Of a stretch of 64,000 nucleotides of DNA, positions 12,816-24,674 are shown one piece after another. Position 1 is the stretch's first letter. Each line of letters begins with the position of its first letter. The stretch is from Microthyrium microscopicum (Eukaryota). The stretch is from NCBI GenBank assembly GCA_010405405.1, contig MU004230.1, positions 3,196,627-3,260,626 of the forward strand, written 5' to 3'. Below the pieces are notes generated by a model, which was given only the letters and a program-made list of their open reading frames with translations, ran no database searches and was not told the origin of the DNA. A program made the translations under genes and the position numbers.

Positions 12816-14471
12816 ATGGCTGCTCAGGTTGTCAGACTGGCTCCAGTGCGAAAGCCAGCTGCCCCAGAACCTCTCACAGCAGATCAGAGATACTGGAAAG
12901 CCTTTTCATCACAGCAACTCCTCCCAGCTCCCAATTCTTCACCCATAACACATGTCTCGACAAATTCGACTCCTATATTGGCATCGCAATTCCAGTCCTC
13001 CTCTCTAGCCGCACCTACTTCATACATAGCTGTCACGACCGGCCCAAGACTACAACTTATATCCCCACAAACCCTCAAACCATTACGGACCATCGCACGA
13101 ACCTCAAGTCCATTTCATAGCGCAACTGTACGAAGAGATGGTCGCATAATATTAGCTGGTAGTGAATCAGGAACCATACAAGCATTCGATACCACATCTC
13201 GCGCCATTCTCAAGACATGGAACGAACACAAACAAGCCGTCTGGGTCACTCAATGGCATCCTCGAGATCTTACTTCCTGCATGAGCGCAAGTGACGATGC
13301 CACAGTACGGTTATGGGATCTCCCGTCCGAGACGAGCACATGGACTGGCTTCGGCCACACAGATTATGTACGCACCGGCGCATTTATAGGCGGCACAAAC
13401 CTCGTAGCCACTGGCAGCTACGATCAAAGCATCAGACTATGGGACGCCAGAATAGGATCCTCCGAATCCTCCTCCCGCGCTGTTATGCACTTTGCCCTCT
13501 CCTCACCCGTCGAAGCCGTCCTCCCCCTCCCCGGCGGCACCACCCTCGTCGGCGCAGCAGGCCCCAGTCTCGCCGTTCTCGATCTCGTCGCTGCTCGCCC
13601 GCTCCACCTTCTACAAAACCACCAGAAGACCATCACCTCCCTCACCCTCGCGAGTCAAGGCTCCCGTGTGCTAACGGGCGGTCTAGATGGCCACGTCAAA
13701 GTCTTCGACACCGCCTCCTGGACCGTCGTCGCCGGCTTCAAATACCCCTCCCCAGTCCTCAGCCTATGCATGACCGGCGCCGGCGAAGCCAAAGACGACC
13801 GCCATCTCTGCGTCGGCCTCCAATCCGGCCTCCTCTCCATCCGCTCACGTCTATCACCCACCGCCAAAGCCGCCGCTGCTGCCCGCGAAGCAGCACTTTC
13901 CGCGCTCGCAGGTGGCGACTCGGAAACATTCGATAAGATCACCAAAAAAGCCAACAAGAAGAAGAGAAAGCTCAAGGAAGGCGCCGGCTGGGAAATGCGC
14001 ATACGCGGCAAAACCTACAAGGGTGAAGGTGCAGATATAATTATTGCGCCAGGCCATCGCGCTAAACACACGAAGCTGGCTGCATGGGAACATTCCATGC
14101 GCCAGGGCACGTACGCCAGAGCGCTAGATGAAGTGTTAGCCACCAGAGATACCTCCGCCATTCTGACCGTCCTACAAGCACTCACGCATCGCAGTGCAAT
14201 ACGGACATCACTACAAGGACGAAATACCGTGACATTAACGCCGCTAATGCGATTCCTGCTCAAAAATCTCGATCAGCCAATGCATGTGCAACTACTCACA
14301 GATGTAGCAGGCCAGGTCCTAGATATCTACGGCGAACATCTAGGCAAGAACGAGGAGTTTGACCAGATGGTAGAGTCGCTGCATAATGTGGTGCGAAGAG
14401 GCTGTGAAGTAGCGCAAATGTGCTATTCGTCTGTAGGTATGATGGAATTGTTGCAAGCAGGAGCAGGCTAG
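12816..14471 (+). CDS. UTP15: U3 snoRNA-associated WD40 protein Utp15
   Basis: Single exon from ATG 12816. N-terminal LTADQRYW, several WD repeats (SASDDATVRLWD, HTDYVR, HQKTITSL, GGLDGHVKVFD), and a helical UTP15_C-like tail. Confidence 0.9.
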   Translation: MAAQVVRLAPVRKPAAPEPLTADQRYWKAFSSQQLLPAPNSSPITHVSTNSTPILASQFQSSSLAAPTSYIAVTTGPRLQLISPQTLKPLRTIARTSSPFHSATVRRDGRIILAGSESGTIQAFDTTSRAILKTWNEHKQAVWVTQWHPRDLTSCMSASDDATVRLWDLPSETSTWTGFGHTDYVRTGAFIGGTNLVATGSYDQSIRLWDARIGSSESSSRAVMHFALSSPVEAVLPLPGGTTLVGAAGPSLAVLDLVAARPLHLLQNHQKTITSLTLASQGSRVLTGGLDGHVKVFDTASWTVVAGFKYPSPVLSLCMTGAGEAKDDRHLCVGLQSGLLSIRSRLSPTAKAAAAAREAALSALAGGDSETFDKITKKANKKKRKLKEGAGWEMRIRGKTYKGEGADIIIAPGHRAKHTKLAAWEHSMRQGTYARALDEVLATRDTSAILTVLQALTHRSAIRTSLQGRNTVTLTPLMRFLLKNLDQPMHVQLLTDVAGQVLDIYGEHLGKNEEFDQMVESLHNVVRRGCEVAQMCYSSVGMMELLQAGAG

Positions 14472-14743
14472 ACAATGGATATGCACAGATAATGAATGAA
14501 ATGTTATGAAAATATGAAAGAGTACCATTCGACAAAGTAGTTGTATAAGCTATTACTACTTCAGTTTCTTGCTGATTGATGGGCATGTTGCTGATAACGG
14601 GTATACCTTCGTGCCATGCAAGTAATAAACCCGAAAATTCACTCCCATCCTTTGCCATGCTAGATTTATCTGCCTCGTACGCCTATCTTAGATCGAAAAC
14701 TTGGTTTGCCCTTGATATACTGTTGTGATTACAAGCAGCTTTT

Positions 14744-17700
14744 CTACTCTCCAACCTGGTTCTCCCCAGCCTTATTCTCTGCTGGCTCGCCATCCTCTTT
14801 ACCCTTCAAAAACATAGCGCGAAACTCCGCATTGCTCTTCGCACCACCATTTCCATCACCATTCTGCTCACCCGCCGTCTTGCGAAATCCCAGGCCCGTT
14901 TTCTTGCCTAGCCCACCGCGCTTTGGCGCTGGTCTAGCAACGCGTGGACCGGGAGCAAAACTAGTAGTTTTCGCAGTCCCAGAACTAGACGTATTTGCAG
15001 GTCCATTTTCGGTAGTTCTATCTCGCTCGCCTAAGCGGCTACGTTTCCAAGTCGGATTACTCTTCATTAGCTCTGGCACCGAGCCTGTGCGAATTCGCAC
15101 GCCATCGAGCTCTGTATTTTCTAGTCCAAGCTCTGCCTCGCCGACACTTTTGATCTCAGTGAACTCGACGATTGCGCCGCCATGGTCTGGACGCAGCGAG
15201 AATTTTTTGATGGTACCGTAGCCGCCTAGGAGGGCTTGTAGGCGTGCTGCGTTGACGGTGTCGGGGACGTTAAGAATTGCGAGAGAGCGGGCTTTGTAGT
15301 TGCTCGCGTCGTCCTCGCCGTCGAGTTGCATGGCATCGCCGTTTGTTGAGGGGTCGGGGGAGGCGGAGTGGGTGGAGCCGCGGAGGACGGTGGTGAGGGT
15401 GCGTTTGGCGCGAGGGACTGCGACTTCGACACGGAGAGTGCGTGATTGGAAGGGCGTGTTGTGAAAGGTTTCGACGGACTTTTCAGCTTCGGCTTTGGTG
15501 GAGTAGGTTATGAAGGCTGTGCCTTTGGACTGGCCGGTCATGTTGCGGGGAATGCGGACTTTCTCGACTGTGCCGGTGTCTGAGAAGAGGGCTTTGACGT
15601 CTTCTTCGCTTGCTTTCCAGTTGAGATTGTGGACGACGACTTCGCGGCCCTCTTCTATAGCGCCGTGACGATTTTCTTTACGTGTGGGATCAGAAACCTT
15701 GACCGAGAGGTGGTATTGATCGTCAAGAACTTGGCCATCTATCTCTGTTGCTTTCTGAGCTTGATCTGGATCAACGAATTGAACATAGCAGAAGCGTCGT
15801 CGTGTGTTGCCCTGAAGGGATGGGAATCTGACATCGACTACTTCGCCAAAATCTTTGAAAAGACCACGGATGAACTTGTCGTCAGCAGTTGGAGGATAGT
15901 TGGTGACATATAGAGTAGTTCCTACTGCAAATTCAATTTCGAGTTGGTTGTCTCCCATAGGCTTTGCAACTTTGGTTTGAGCAAAGCGAGCATCCTCGAC
16001 AGTCTCAAACTCGACGGTAGCAGTTTGAGAACCTTTCTCAGGCTTCAACTTGATGCTATTGACCGTGCCGCAATCGCGAAAGAATTTTCGTACGTCTAGG
16101 TCTGTTGCATCCTTAGGTATATTTTTGACAATGATGACAGTATGTTCTCGATCTCTCTTGAGCGGTTCGGCAGCAGCTTCAGGTTCCGCCATAGCAACAT
16201 CGTTGTTAGGCTCAGCTTTGGCTTTCTGTTTCTTGGAACTTTGCCCATCAGGATGATCTTCTTCCGCACTTCTTTTTCTCGAGGCTCCATCTTGAACTTC
16301 GGCAGCGTGTTCTTGAGCAGCATTTTGCTCTGCCTGTTGCTTATAATACGCTTCCCATTGCGCCGCAGTTTCCTTTTCCCGACGTTCAGCCACTCGTTTC
16401 TTCGCCTTACGAACATCAATCGTGGCCCGACGGTAGTCTTCGACTGACTCATGCTGTTCACAGTGATTGAGATACATCTCAATGAGCAGTTCTGGCGAGT
16501 CCATGGTTTCGACGCGCTTTAATCCCTGTCGAAGAATATTCGTTGGCTCTTTTGGCGATTGAGTAGGATCCGATCGTCCCCAAACAATCATAGCAAAAAT
16601 GTAGTACCGGTACCAGAAATCATAACTGTCCGCTTGTTGCTTGGACACCTCTTTCCACACAGCGCGGCAGCCTGCAACATCGTTGCGTTGGAAGAGAACG
16701 CGAAGATGGATTCGTTCAAGTCGGTATGATGGATCGCCACGGAAATCCTTGCCCATAACCTTTTCGCCTGCCTTGCGATAGTTTTCCAAGGCAGATCGAA
16801 TGCCAACTTCAGCGACATCGTGTTCATCCTCACCACCAGATGCAGTAGCTCGTCGTCTTAGATATCCACACCAGGCAATGTAGACCGTGAGTAAATCTTC
16901 GAGTCCGGACTGATCGACTTTCAGGGATGAAGTAGCTAAATGCTTAATCGCTTCGATATCCTGGAAGCTGCTATTATCAACCTCCATGGCTAGTAGTCGC
17001 TGTGCCCACAGCTCCCCGGAGAAAGGACATCGCCGATTTGCACGCTGAAGAACTCCATGAAGAGGTTGGTTGTGGCCAGGCTTACTCTGCTCAATCAAAA
17101 ATCCGACGTAGCCAATCCATAGCGCTGCATCCGTATGAAATCGCGTGGTGGCTCTGGCATACAGCGCAGAAATTGTTTCCAAGCTGAAAGGTCCACTCAT
17201 TCGCAATTCCCAAGCCAGGTAATCTGTATAAGCATCGTACTCTGCTGGTTTGTCCTCTTTCTCGATAGCTTGCTGAATTTTGAACTCAAATGGCTCACGC
17301 AAGGAGTACGATTTCTTGACTTGTTGGCTTCGCTGCGAAACCTGAATCATCAACTCCTCATACTGATCGTTCGCAAAGGCTGTGACAAAGCTTGAATAGC
17401 TTCCGAAGGTCTGGTCCCATGTCATATGGGCATCCTTGATAAGTCGACTTGTGAACAAATCGTGGACAGCCTGTATTTCTTCGGGAGCGGATTGTTTTGA
17501 CAGAGCCGACACTCGAATTTCCATGTATCGATCCCAGACCTGGTTCCCGTCATTGATATGATTGTGGGTATTTTCAATTCCGTGTTCCCACACTTTGAGC
17601 ATTTCTGCCCAAGTAAACAATTGCTGTCCAGCCATTTTATCATCAGCTGGCCATCCCGGACTATCTCCATCATCGGGACGATTTGAACATGTGTACAAGT

Positions 17701-18550
17701 AGTACATAAAGTCGCCATATTGCCTCCATAATTGCGCGCTACTGGGTTCTTCCCGTACTGCTCGAGAATGGAGCTCCATGAGATTGATGCGATCTTCCAG
17801 GCTCTTAGCCAGCAAATTTTCATCAGTTAACCAATCAATCCAAAGGTCCTCGCCCACGGGTATAACTTCGTCCATGAATTCTCTCGCATGGCGCAAATCG
17901 CGTAATAGCTCGTATGTTCGCGCTTCATTTCCAGATTCGATGTGGCGCGATAATCCTATATGTAAGAGCTTCACGAAATCCTTCTCGACATCCCACTTGA
18001 GCCGGTCCTCGTTGAGTTGCTTTGCTTGTTCGGCCAGCGTATGTGACTCTTGGACTGTGAGGGAACTGGCGCCATATGTATGGAGTGCTGGAGGGGGTAG
18101 CCCTTTGGGCGCATCAGGAATCATGGCTTCAATAGGCGATCGATGCGCTGAATGCGAGTGTGATATACTGGAGGCAGAGGAGTTTTGTTCGTGTAGACGA
18201 TTGATGGATTGTGGGCGTTGGCGCGATGCGACTTCAGCGAGCGCGTCCATTCCAGAGGTTGTAGCGGTGGAAGTAGTCAGGACTGACGAGGAGGAAGAGT
18301 GTGCGGAAGCAGCGGCAGCAGCGTTGGCGCTCGCAGCATTGTATGCGGCAATGGAAGGAAGGGATGGCCGTGTATCCTTTCGATGGGGAGAAGTAGTAGT
18401 TGGCGAGGTGTAGTTGAGTTGTTGACTCAGATTAGACGACTTGCGGGGATGGACCTGAGGTCGCACAGGATGACCGTGGGGATTGGAAGGCGAGCGAGGT
18501 GTCGCTTCCCGTGAGTCCGGATCTGGAGACAGGAGCGAGTTGATATCCAT
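14744..18550 (-). CDS. PRP24: U4/U6 snRNP recycling factor Prp24/SART3 (HAT repeats + 4 RRMs + Lsm-interaction motif)
   Basis: 1268-aa ORF with a HAT-repeat region, RRMs (TLYVTNYPP, RRFCYVQF, SKGTAFITY), and the C-terminal KSNAEFRAMFL Lsm-binding motif. Confidence 0.92.
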   Translation of the reverse strand: MDINSLLSPDPDSREATPRSPSNPHGHPVRPQVHPRKSSNLSQQLNYTSPTTTSPHRKDTRPSLPSIAAYNAASANAAAAASAHSSSSSVLTTSTATTSGMDALAEVASRQRPQSINRLHEQNSSASSISHSHSAHRSPIEAMIPDAPKGLPPPALHTYGASSLTVQESHTLAEQAKQLNEDRLKWDVEKDFVKLLHIGLSRHIESGNEARTYELLRDLRHAREFMDEVIPVGEDLWIDWLTDENLLAKSLEDRINLMELHSRAVREEPSSAQLWRQYGDFMYYLYTCSNRPDDGDSPGWPADDKMAGQQLFTWAEMLKVWEHGIENTHNHINDGNQVWDRYMEIRVSALSKQSAPEEIQAVHDLFTSRLIKDAHMTWDQTFGSYSSFVTAFANDQYEELMIQVSQRSQQVKKSYSLREPFEFKIQQAIEKEDKPAEYDAYTDYLAWELRMSGPFSLETISALYARATTRFHTDAALWIGYVGFLIEQSKPGHNQPLHGVLQRANRRCPFSGELWAQRLLAMEVDNSSFQDIEAIKHLATSSLKVDQSGLEDLLTVYIAWCGYLRRRATASGGEDEHDVAEVGIRSALENYRKAGEKVMGKDFRGDPSYRLERIHLRVLFQRNDVAGCRAVWKEVSKQQADSYDFWYRYYIFAMIVWGRSDPTQSPKEPTNILRQGLKRVETMDSPELLIEMYLNHCEQHESVEDYRRATIDVRKAKKRVAERREKETAAQWEAYYKQQAEQNAAQEHAAEVQDGASRKRSAEEDHPDGQSSKKQKAKAEPNNDVAMAEPEAAAEPLKRDREHTVIIVKNIPKDATDLDVRKFFRDCGTVNSIKLKPEKGSQTATVEFETVEDARFAQTKVAKPMGDNQLEIEFAVGTTLYVTNYPPTADDKFIRGLFKDFGEVVDVRFPSLQGNTRRRFCYVQFVDPDQAQKATEIDGQVLDDQYHLSVKVSDPTRKENRHGAIEEGREVVVHNLNWKASEEDVKALFSDTGTVEKVRIPRNMTGQSKGTAFITYSTKAEAEKSVETFHNTPFQSRTLRVEVAVPRAKRTLTTVLRGSTHSASPDPSTNGDAMQLDGEDDASNYKARSLAILNVPDTVNAARLQALLGGYGTIKKFSLRPDHGGAIVEFTEIKSVGEAELGLENTELDGVRIRTGSVPELMKSNPTWKRSRLGERDRTTENGPANTSSSGTAKTTSFAPGPRVARPAPKRGGLGKKTGLGFRKTAGEQNGDGNGGAKSNAEFRAMFLKGKEDGEPAENKAGENQVGE

Positions 18551-19777
18551 GATGGGGAAGAAGGAACGACCCAGTCGTCATGGCCGTGCCTGCCGCTGCT
18601 GTATGTGTTCAAGTGTTGTGGAGGAAGGTGCTGTCGATGTCGCAAACTCGCAATTCTTTTTCCAAAGGGCAGGCGCAATTGACTCTGTACTTTACAACAA
18701 CCTCTCGTCAACTGCCAGTATCAAGATGAATTGGACCTTTTGAAAACTCTTTCAAGATTATCAAGTATTGCGATGCGATGCGCGGATGAATCCTGGTTTC
18801 GACTGCCTAAAAGCAGTTGTAGAGTGAAAAGTGACAAGAGGAGTCAATGAACTTTGAAGAATGAAAAAGGGGACCAGGTCAAAGATCTGCAGTCTTATTA
18901 CCATACAAAGCACAAGAATCAGGATCACAGGTTAGGCCAAGGGAATTCGAAAACCGAAAAGATTCCCAAAGCTGAGAACACCAAAGAAGAAAAAAGAGCT
19001 GGGAACAAGCTGATGCAGATGGCAGAGAATGATTTGGTTGCCTTTGCAGGCTTTGTGATACTCGAGTCCACCAGAAAAAGGCTGCTAGAGGGTCGAAATG
19101 GGCCTGGGCTCTTGAACAGTTGGACCCTGTCTGATTTTTACTGGCAGAAGGGTTGATTGATCTGGGTGGGTTGAGCTCACCACTCCTCTGTTTTCTTCCA
19201 GACAGCTTTTTGGCACCACGAATCGGAGATTCGCCTGGATAGCCCCATATCTTATTCCGATCTATCCGTCTCTACTTTTCTGGCTCGCATTGGGCAAGGC
19301 ACACAATCTATCACGTGGACTGCCTTGACTGCTTGGCAGAAACGGTAGGCCTCGCCTAGTCTGTTGAATTGTCCAGATTGTTTAGCTTTCCAGGTCTTGT
19401 GTATCTATGATTCTATCATGGCATTCTTCATATTTACCATATCGGGAACCGGCCCACTTCATAAGTTCATGATGCCCTCAGCACATCTGATGCAGGTCGA
19501 TATCTCGAACTAGCGCCAATCTTCACGATACCAATCGGTGTGTTGCTCCCTGTGCCGCTGTTGGCAATTGAACAATCGATTTAGATCTAGCGCAGCAGTA
19601 GTACTTTTTGAGCCTACGTCATCATGCAGCCGTCTCGAACACTAGTCGTGGTAGTCCAGCCCAAAGGCGTTGGCGGACTTCTCCCTTTTTCAGCCATATG
19701 TCTATTTTAAGTTGTGAGCAATTCATAACCTTCTTAATTATATTGTGATCCAAACATTCCCTGGCCTGGCTTGAATA

Positions 19778-19811
19778 CCGTGGTCGGCGGTTCTCATGCA
19801 ACGGCACGGAC
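19778..19811 (+). repeat. Left terminal inverted repeat (34 bp)
   Basis: CCGTGGTCGGCGGTTCTCATGCAACGGCACGGAC, the reverse complement of 22916-22949 apart from one G/A transition. Confidence 0.95.
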
Positions 19812-22800
19812 ACAAAAGTAGCCAACCAGCGAGATGGATTCGATGAGTAAACAGGGCCCCTATAAGCTAAAATTTGGTGGTAGAACCCGCTAAGTGTCAT
19901 AGCCTAGATTTAGGCTATTATATTATAAGATTTTAGCTTATCTACGAAGCTATATTTTAGCAGATCTAGACTAGAAAAAGGTGTCTTATTTAGTATTTTA
20001 GTAGACTCCTAACGTTAGGAATCTTAGGAGATATTAGATTTAATATTAGATTGTTAGTATAATAGTAATTTACCTATTATAATATAATTTAGTATTAATT
20101 AATTAATATTATTTAATATAGCTCTAAAATACTTATAGATTCTACGCCTTTTAAGGCTTACTAATTTAAAAACTCTTAAGAGAATTACTAATCTTCTTAC
20201 TAGAGCAAAATTGTATATAAAGAAAAGACGAGATATTACTACTTAAGTATATTAATAGGAAGAATTAAAGTAGTAGTTATTTAACGCTTTATTAGTTTAA
20301 ATATGCCTAAAGTGCTATATGTAGATTCTCTAGAAGAAAGTTATAGTCTATAGGTTTAAATCTAGTAAGCGTCTTATATAATTATTACCTAGTTTATAAT
20401 AGTAATATAATTAAGAATTAGATTAGTAGAGTTACTATAGCATAGTACTTAAAGCTACTAACTAGTTTAAAATATTTATTATTATAGTAACTTAATAGTA
20501 GCGCTAGCTTCCTCTTTTTTAAATTCTATTCTTAGATAACTATTATATTAAGTATCTAGATACTATTAGGGAATAATATCCTAATATTAAGATAGCGCTC
20601 TAGCGTTATTATTAGTAATAATGAGATAAGAACAAGATAGTTATAATTAAGATATTACTATAAATAGCTACCCTTTTATAGCTATTTATATATAAAGAGC
20701 ATATTAAACGTAGAGAAGTTAAAGCTATACTCCCTAAATTTACTAAAGAATAGCTTTATTAATTCTAGTAAAGATATTAAATATCTTAGCGCGCTACTAC
20801 CTATATAGCTTAATAGCTACCTCTTAATTAGATATTAAAATATACTAAATTAGTATCTTTTATAAGGTAAGCTTTATATTAAGTACTAGGGACTAACTAT
20901 ACTATAATTAACGCTATACTAGATATAGATATTCTTTACTTAATTTAATTCGTAAGAGTGTTTAATATAGATAAAATACTAACTATATATTATTAGATAG
21001 GAGGATTTATACTAGTAAATACTAATTTAAACACTATTGTTATTAATATTAGATTAACTAGCAATGAGAAGAGGAGTATAATAGTAATACTAATTATATA
21101 TAGTAATAGTATATTAAGGATGCTACTACTAATTATATTTAAGAGAACTACTAATAAGGACTAAGCTTAAATCTTTAAGGCTAAGGGGCATCTTTATTAT
21201 TCTAATATAGTTATTAGATATAATACGATAGTATAGATAAATAAGGAATTAATATTAGAATACTTATAGTATCTCTATAATGTTATTTAGAATAATGTTA
21301 GTAGTAGTTATAAAGAAGAAGAAGTAGTGGATATTAAAGATATTAAAGGGAGAGAGAATCCTATAAGTAAAATTAATTATTGCTTTTATAGGGTTAAATA
21401 GCTACTAACTCTATTATCTTAGGCTTTAGAGAGGTTACTATAGCTTTATTAAATCTAATCTTAAGTACTATTACTATCTCTTTAATATTTTTAATAAATT
21501 TAATATCTACTATTACTACTCCTAATATACTATGTATTTTAATACTAGACGTATTTAAACTATATAAAATAGAGGTAGTGAAGTAACTAGCTAAAAAATT
21601 AGGTATTATTTTAGTATTAATTCTTAGTAGATATACTTTAAAAGTTTAACCTCTTAACGTTAGTATTAATAAGCCTATAAAATAATAGATTAAAGAGCTC
21701 TATAATGACCTAAGTCTAAACTTCTTTAAATAAGAGAAGTATACTAAAGAAGACTTTAAAGAAACTAATTCCTTATTCTAGATAATATCTTAATACTATA
21801 TCTTTATAACGCATATTCTTGCTATTATTTAGCATAAACTTTACAATAAGAAGAAATTAATAATTTAGAAGTCCTTTAAATATATGGATCTTAATATTAA
21901 ACTAAATAGTAGTAAAGATAAACTAATTAAAATTAAAGAATTAGATATACCTCTTAATTTATTATAGTAGTAAATATTAGAGCTTATAGAGATTAATATA
22001 ACTATAGCTAATAAAAATACTAACAATCTTATAGATCCTAAAGTTACTAACGTTAATAAAGATAATAAAGAAGCTCTTAATAGTCCTATTAATAACCCTA
22101 TTATAGATCCTAATGCTAATATAAAACGTTAACTAGCAGATGTAGTTCCTACTCTATTATTACTATAACTACTTTAATAATAGCTAATTCTATTATTTAA
22201 AGAATAGCCTAATACTAGAGCTCTTTCTTAGACTTAGAGTATTTAATAGTAGTACTCTATACTTATTTTATAGTAATAACGTCCTTTATAGCTATCTTTT
22301 GCTCCTTACTATTATTAGGCTTAACTAGCTTAATAGGCTCTACTATAGTTTTATGCTCTATAGCTAAATTATTTTATAGATTTATAACTTTATACTAATA
22401 TGCCTCCCTAAAATATATTATCCTTTATACTTATAAATAGTTGTCCTACTTATTTTATATATAAAAATAATCTCGCGTTATAAGAATATATATTATTATA
22501 CTAGAATCTAGTAGTTTATTAATTAGATCCCTATCTCTTTAGACTACCTACCTATAATAATAAGAATTAACTACTAGGGTGCTAGTACTAGATAGGGATA
22601 TTCTTATCTTTATAGAGGATTTAGGATTAGTTATTAGATAGTGGATTAAGTAATATTCCTATTTAGTAGTAAATTTAGTAGTAGTAGAGTAATTAAATGT
22701 GATATCTATTCTAAAATTAGATTAACTAATACTAGATAGGAATTATAATACTAAAATACTTATATATAATGCTATATTTACTACTTTAAGATATTTCTAT

Positions 22801-22915
22801 TATTTAGTAATGTTGAAGTAAAGTTGTATGTAAAATACGCTAAGAAAGCTTTACTAACGATTTAATATGGGGACCATTTTTAGGGATATTCACGCTAAAA
22901 CAGCCCAAAAATACC

Positions 22916-22949
22916 GTCCGTGCTGTTGCATGAGAACCGCCGACCACGG
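22916..22949 (-). repeat. Right terminal inverted repeat (34 bp)
   Basis: GTCCGTGCTGTTGCATGAGAACCGCCGACCACGG followed by TA. Confidence 0.95.
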
Positions 22950-23277
22950 TATATATACGAGCTCGTTGAGAGATTACGTACCTCTTCTTATTCCCGATAC
23001 CCGGATACGTTGAACTTACCCGTGGATCATATGGGGTTAGTAGCTGGAACCCGGTTCTTAATGGCTAATATCAACAAGGCCATCCTCGAATTCTCACAAG
23101 TTTCTTGAATTGAAGCATGAATTCGAATTGTACAGTTGGACTGGTCAACGCTGGGTATCTAGTACATACAAGGGGATCCGCTATTGCAGACACTGCTTGA
23201 TTTGTTCAATGGGCATCTTTGCGTGAATCACCCTTTTTTGGCATCTTGAAGGAAATACGAGGAGCCGATGAATCGTC

Positions 23278-24674
23278 CTATCGTCTCATCGGAGCCATCT
23301 GAGCCATTCTGCTAGGATGGATATCAGCATGCTCGTTCTGAACCTTGGGCGTTGCACCCTCTGCTGGCTTTTCAGCATTGACGCCGGATCCTGTGAAGTT
23401 TCGTTGACGTTCATCACGTAGTTTGTCGTTCTTCTCCAAGATCTTGTTCTTGCGAGCATCCGTGTTGCCTCCGCCACCAGCACTGTGAACATGTTAGAGA
23501 CTGTTGACTCAAATTTGAGAATTGATACTTACGTCAACTCAACATTGATTCTTCTAGCTTCACCTTTACCGTCTTCAAAGTTTGAGTGATGATAGAGTTT
23601 GAGGCAGGTCTTCATGCGATCGTAAGCCTCGAATTCAATGAATGCAAAGCCCTTGGATTTGCCGGTATCTTTGTGAGTCATGAGGCGAACAGCATCTGGG
23701 CGAACGCTGGCAAAGTGCTTTGAGACATCCTCTTTGGTAGCAGTATAGGGAAGGTTGCCAATGAAAGCAATGAAGCGCACCTTCTTAGGAGGCACTTCTT
23801 GTGGTCCTAAGTCCGTTTTGACTCGTTTTGCGGATGGTTCTGCTTCATCAGCGTCGTTCTCGCCCTCCTCACCAACAGCAGCTTTGGACTTCTTCTTCTT
23901 TGACTTTCTGGCTTTCTTGCTGTCTGCATCGTCCGCCTCGACTGGTACTTGGACAGCTCCCTCTGTAGGTTCTTCACCATTGGCTTTGGCAGCTCGCTTT
24001 TCCTTTCTCTTCAAGTTCTTCTTTTGTGATTTTTTCAAGTCGGCAGGCTCAACAGCCTCGTCATTGGGTTCGACTGCAGGCTCAGCAGCTACGGGCTTAA
24101 AAACCTCTTGGACAGGTTGAGTCTCTTCCTTGTCTTCCTTGTCTTCCGCCTCTGCCTTCTTCGCCTTCTTTGCCTCCTTCATCTTCTTCTTTTCCTCCTT
24201 TGCTTTCGCCTTCCACTCCGCCTTCTTGATTTGTGTTGCAGATTTCTCCTCTTCTGCTGCATCGGCCTCATTCACCTCAGCAACAGGCTCCGACTTGGCA
24301 GCCTTCTTGTCTTTCTTATCCTTCTTCTCCTTCTTGTCTTTTTTGCTCTTTGTAGGCAGGACCTCGATTTGCTCCTCTGCCTCAGCGTCGTCAGCGCCTG
24401 CTTTGGCAGCTGCTTCTTCCTCGGCACGAAGGGTTCGTCGCTTTTGTCTCGCCATTTGCTTCTTGAGTTTCTTGGTCATGACAACGTCATTCGAGATCGG
24501 TTCAGCAGTTTTGACATCGGCATCGACTTCGCTTCGTTTTCGTTTCTTGCCGTTCGTCTCGCTTTTGGCTGGGGCTTCAAGCTCCATAGGTTCTGCGGTC
24601 TCGTCCACCTTGGTCTTGTCCTTGCGACTTTTCTTGTATTTAGACTCCTTCATGGTGACTGGGTCTTTCGACAT
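23278..24674 (-). CDS. NOP6: Nucleolar RRM protein Nop6-like, 2 exons
   Basis: Lys/Glu-rich N-terminus and an RRM (RFIAFIGNLPY, KSKGFAFIEF). Intron 23532-23483 gives RRINVELTAGGGGNTDARKNKI..KN..L and C-terminal IHPSR, which are typical of Nop6. Confidence 0.82.

Larger units (their letters stand above)
19778..22949 (+). mobile_element. Full-length RIP-inactivated Tc1/mariner superfamily (pogo/CENP-B-like DDE) DNA transposon, 3172 bp
   Basis: 34-bp terminal inverted repeats with 1 mismatch, flanked by TA at 19776-19777 and 22950-22951. The interior is AT-rich and TpA-saturated. Reverting transitions recovers + strand motifs: F.KGWL..F..R (about 20740), VFNMDETP (about 20960), DG..M.PLIIFKG (about 21105-21145), LDVFKLHKTE (about 21545), and IPGGCTSKVQPLDVSINKP (about 21620-21680). 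Confidence 0.92.

Noticed and set aside
20867..20907. Intron-like GTAAGC..ACTAAC segment in the transposase relic
   Set aside because: Removing 41 nt would break the frame that already links the HTH and NMDET motifs. It cannot be supported without a de-RIPed consensus.
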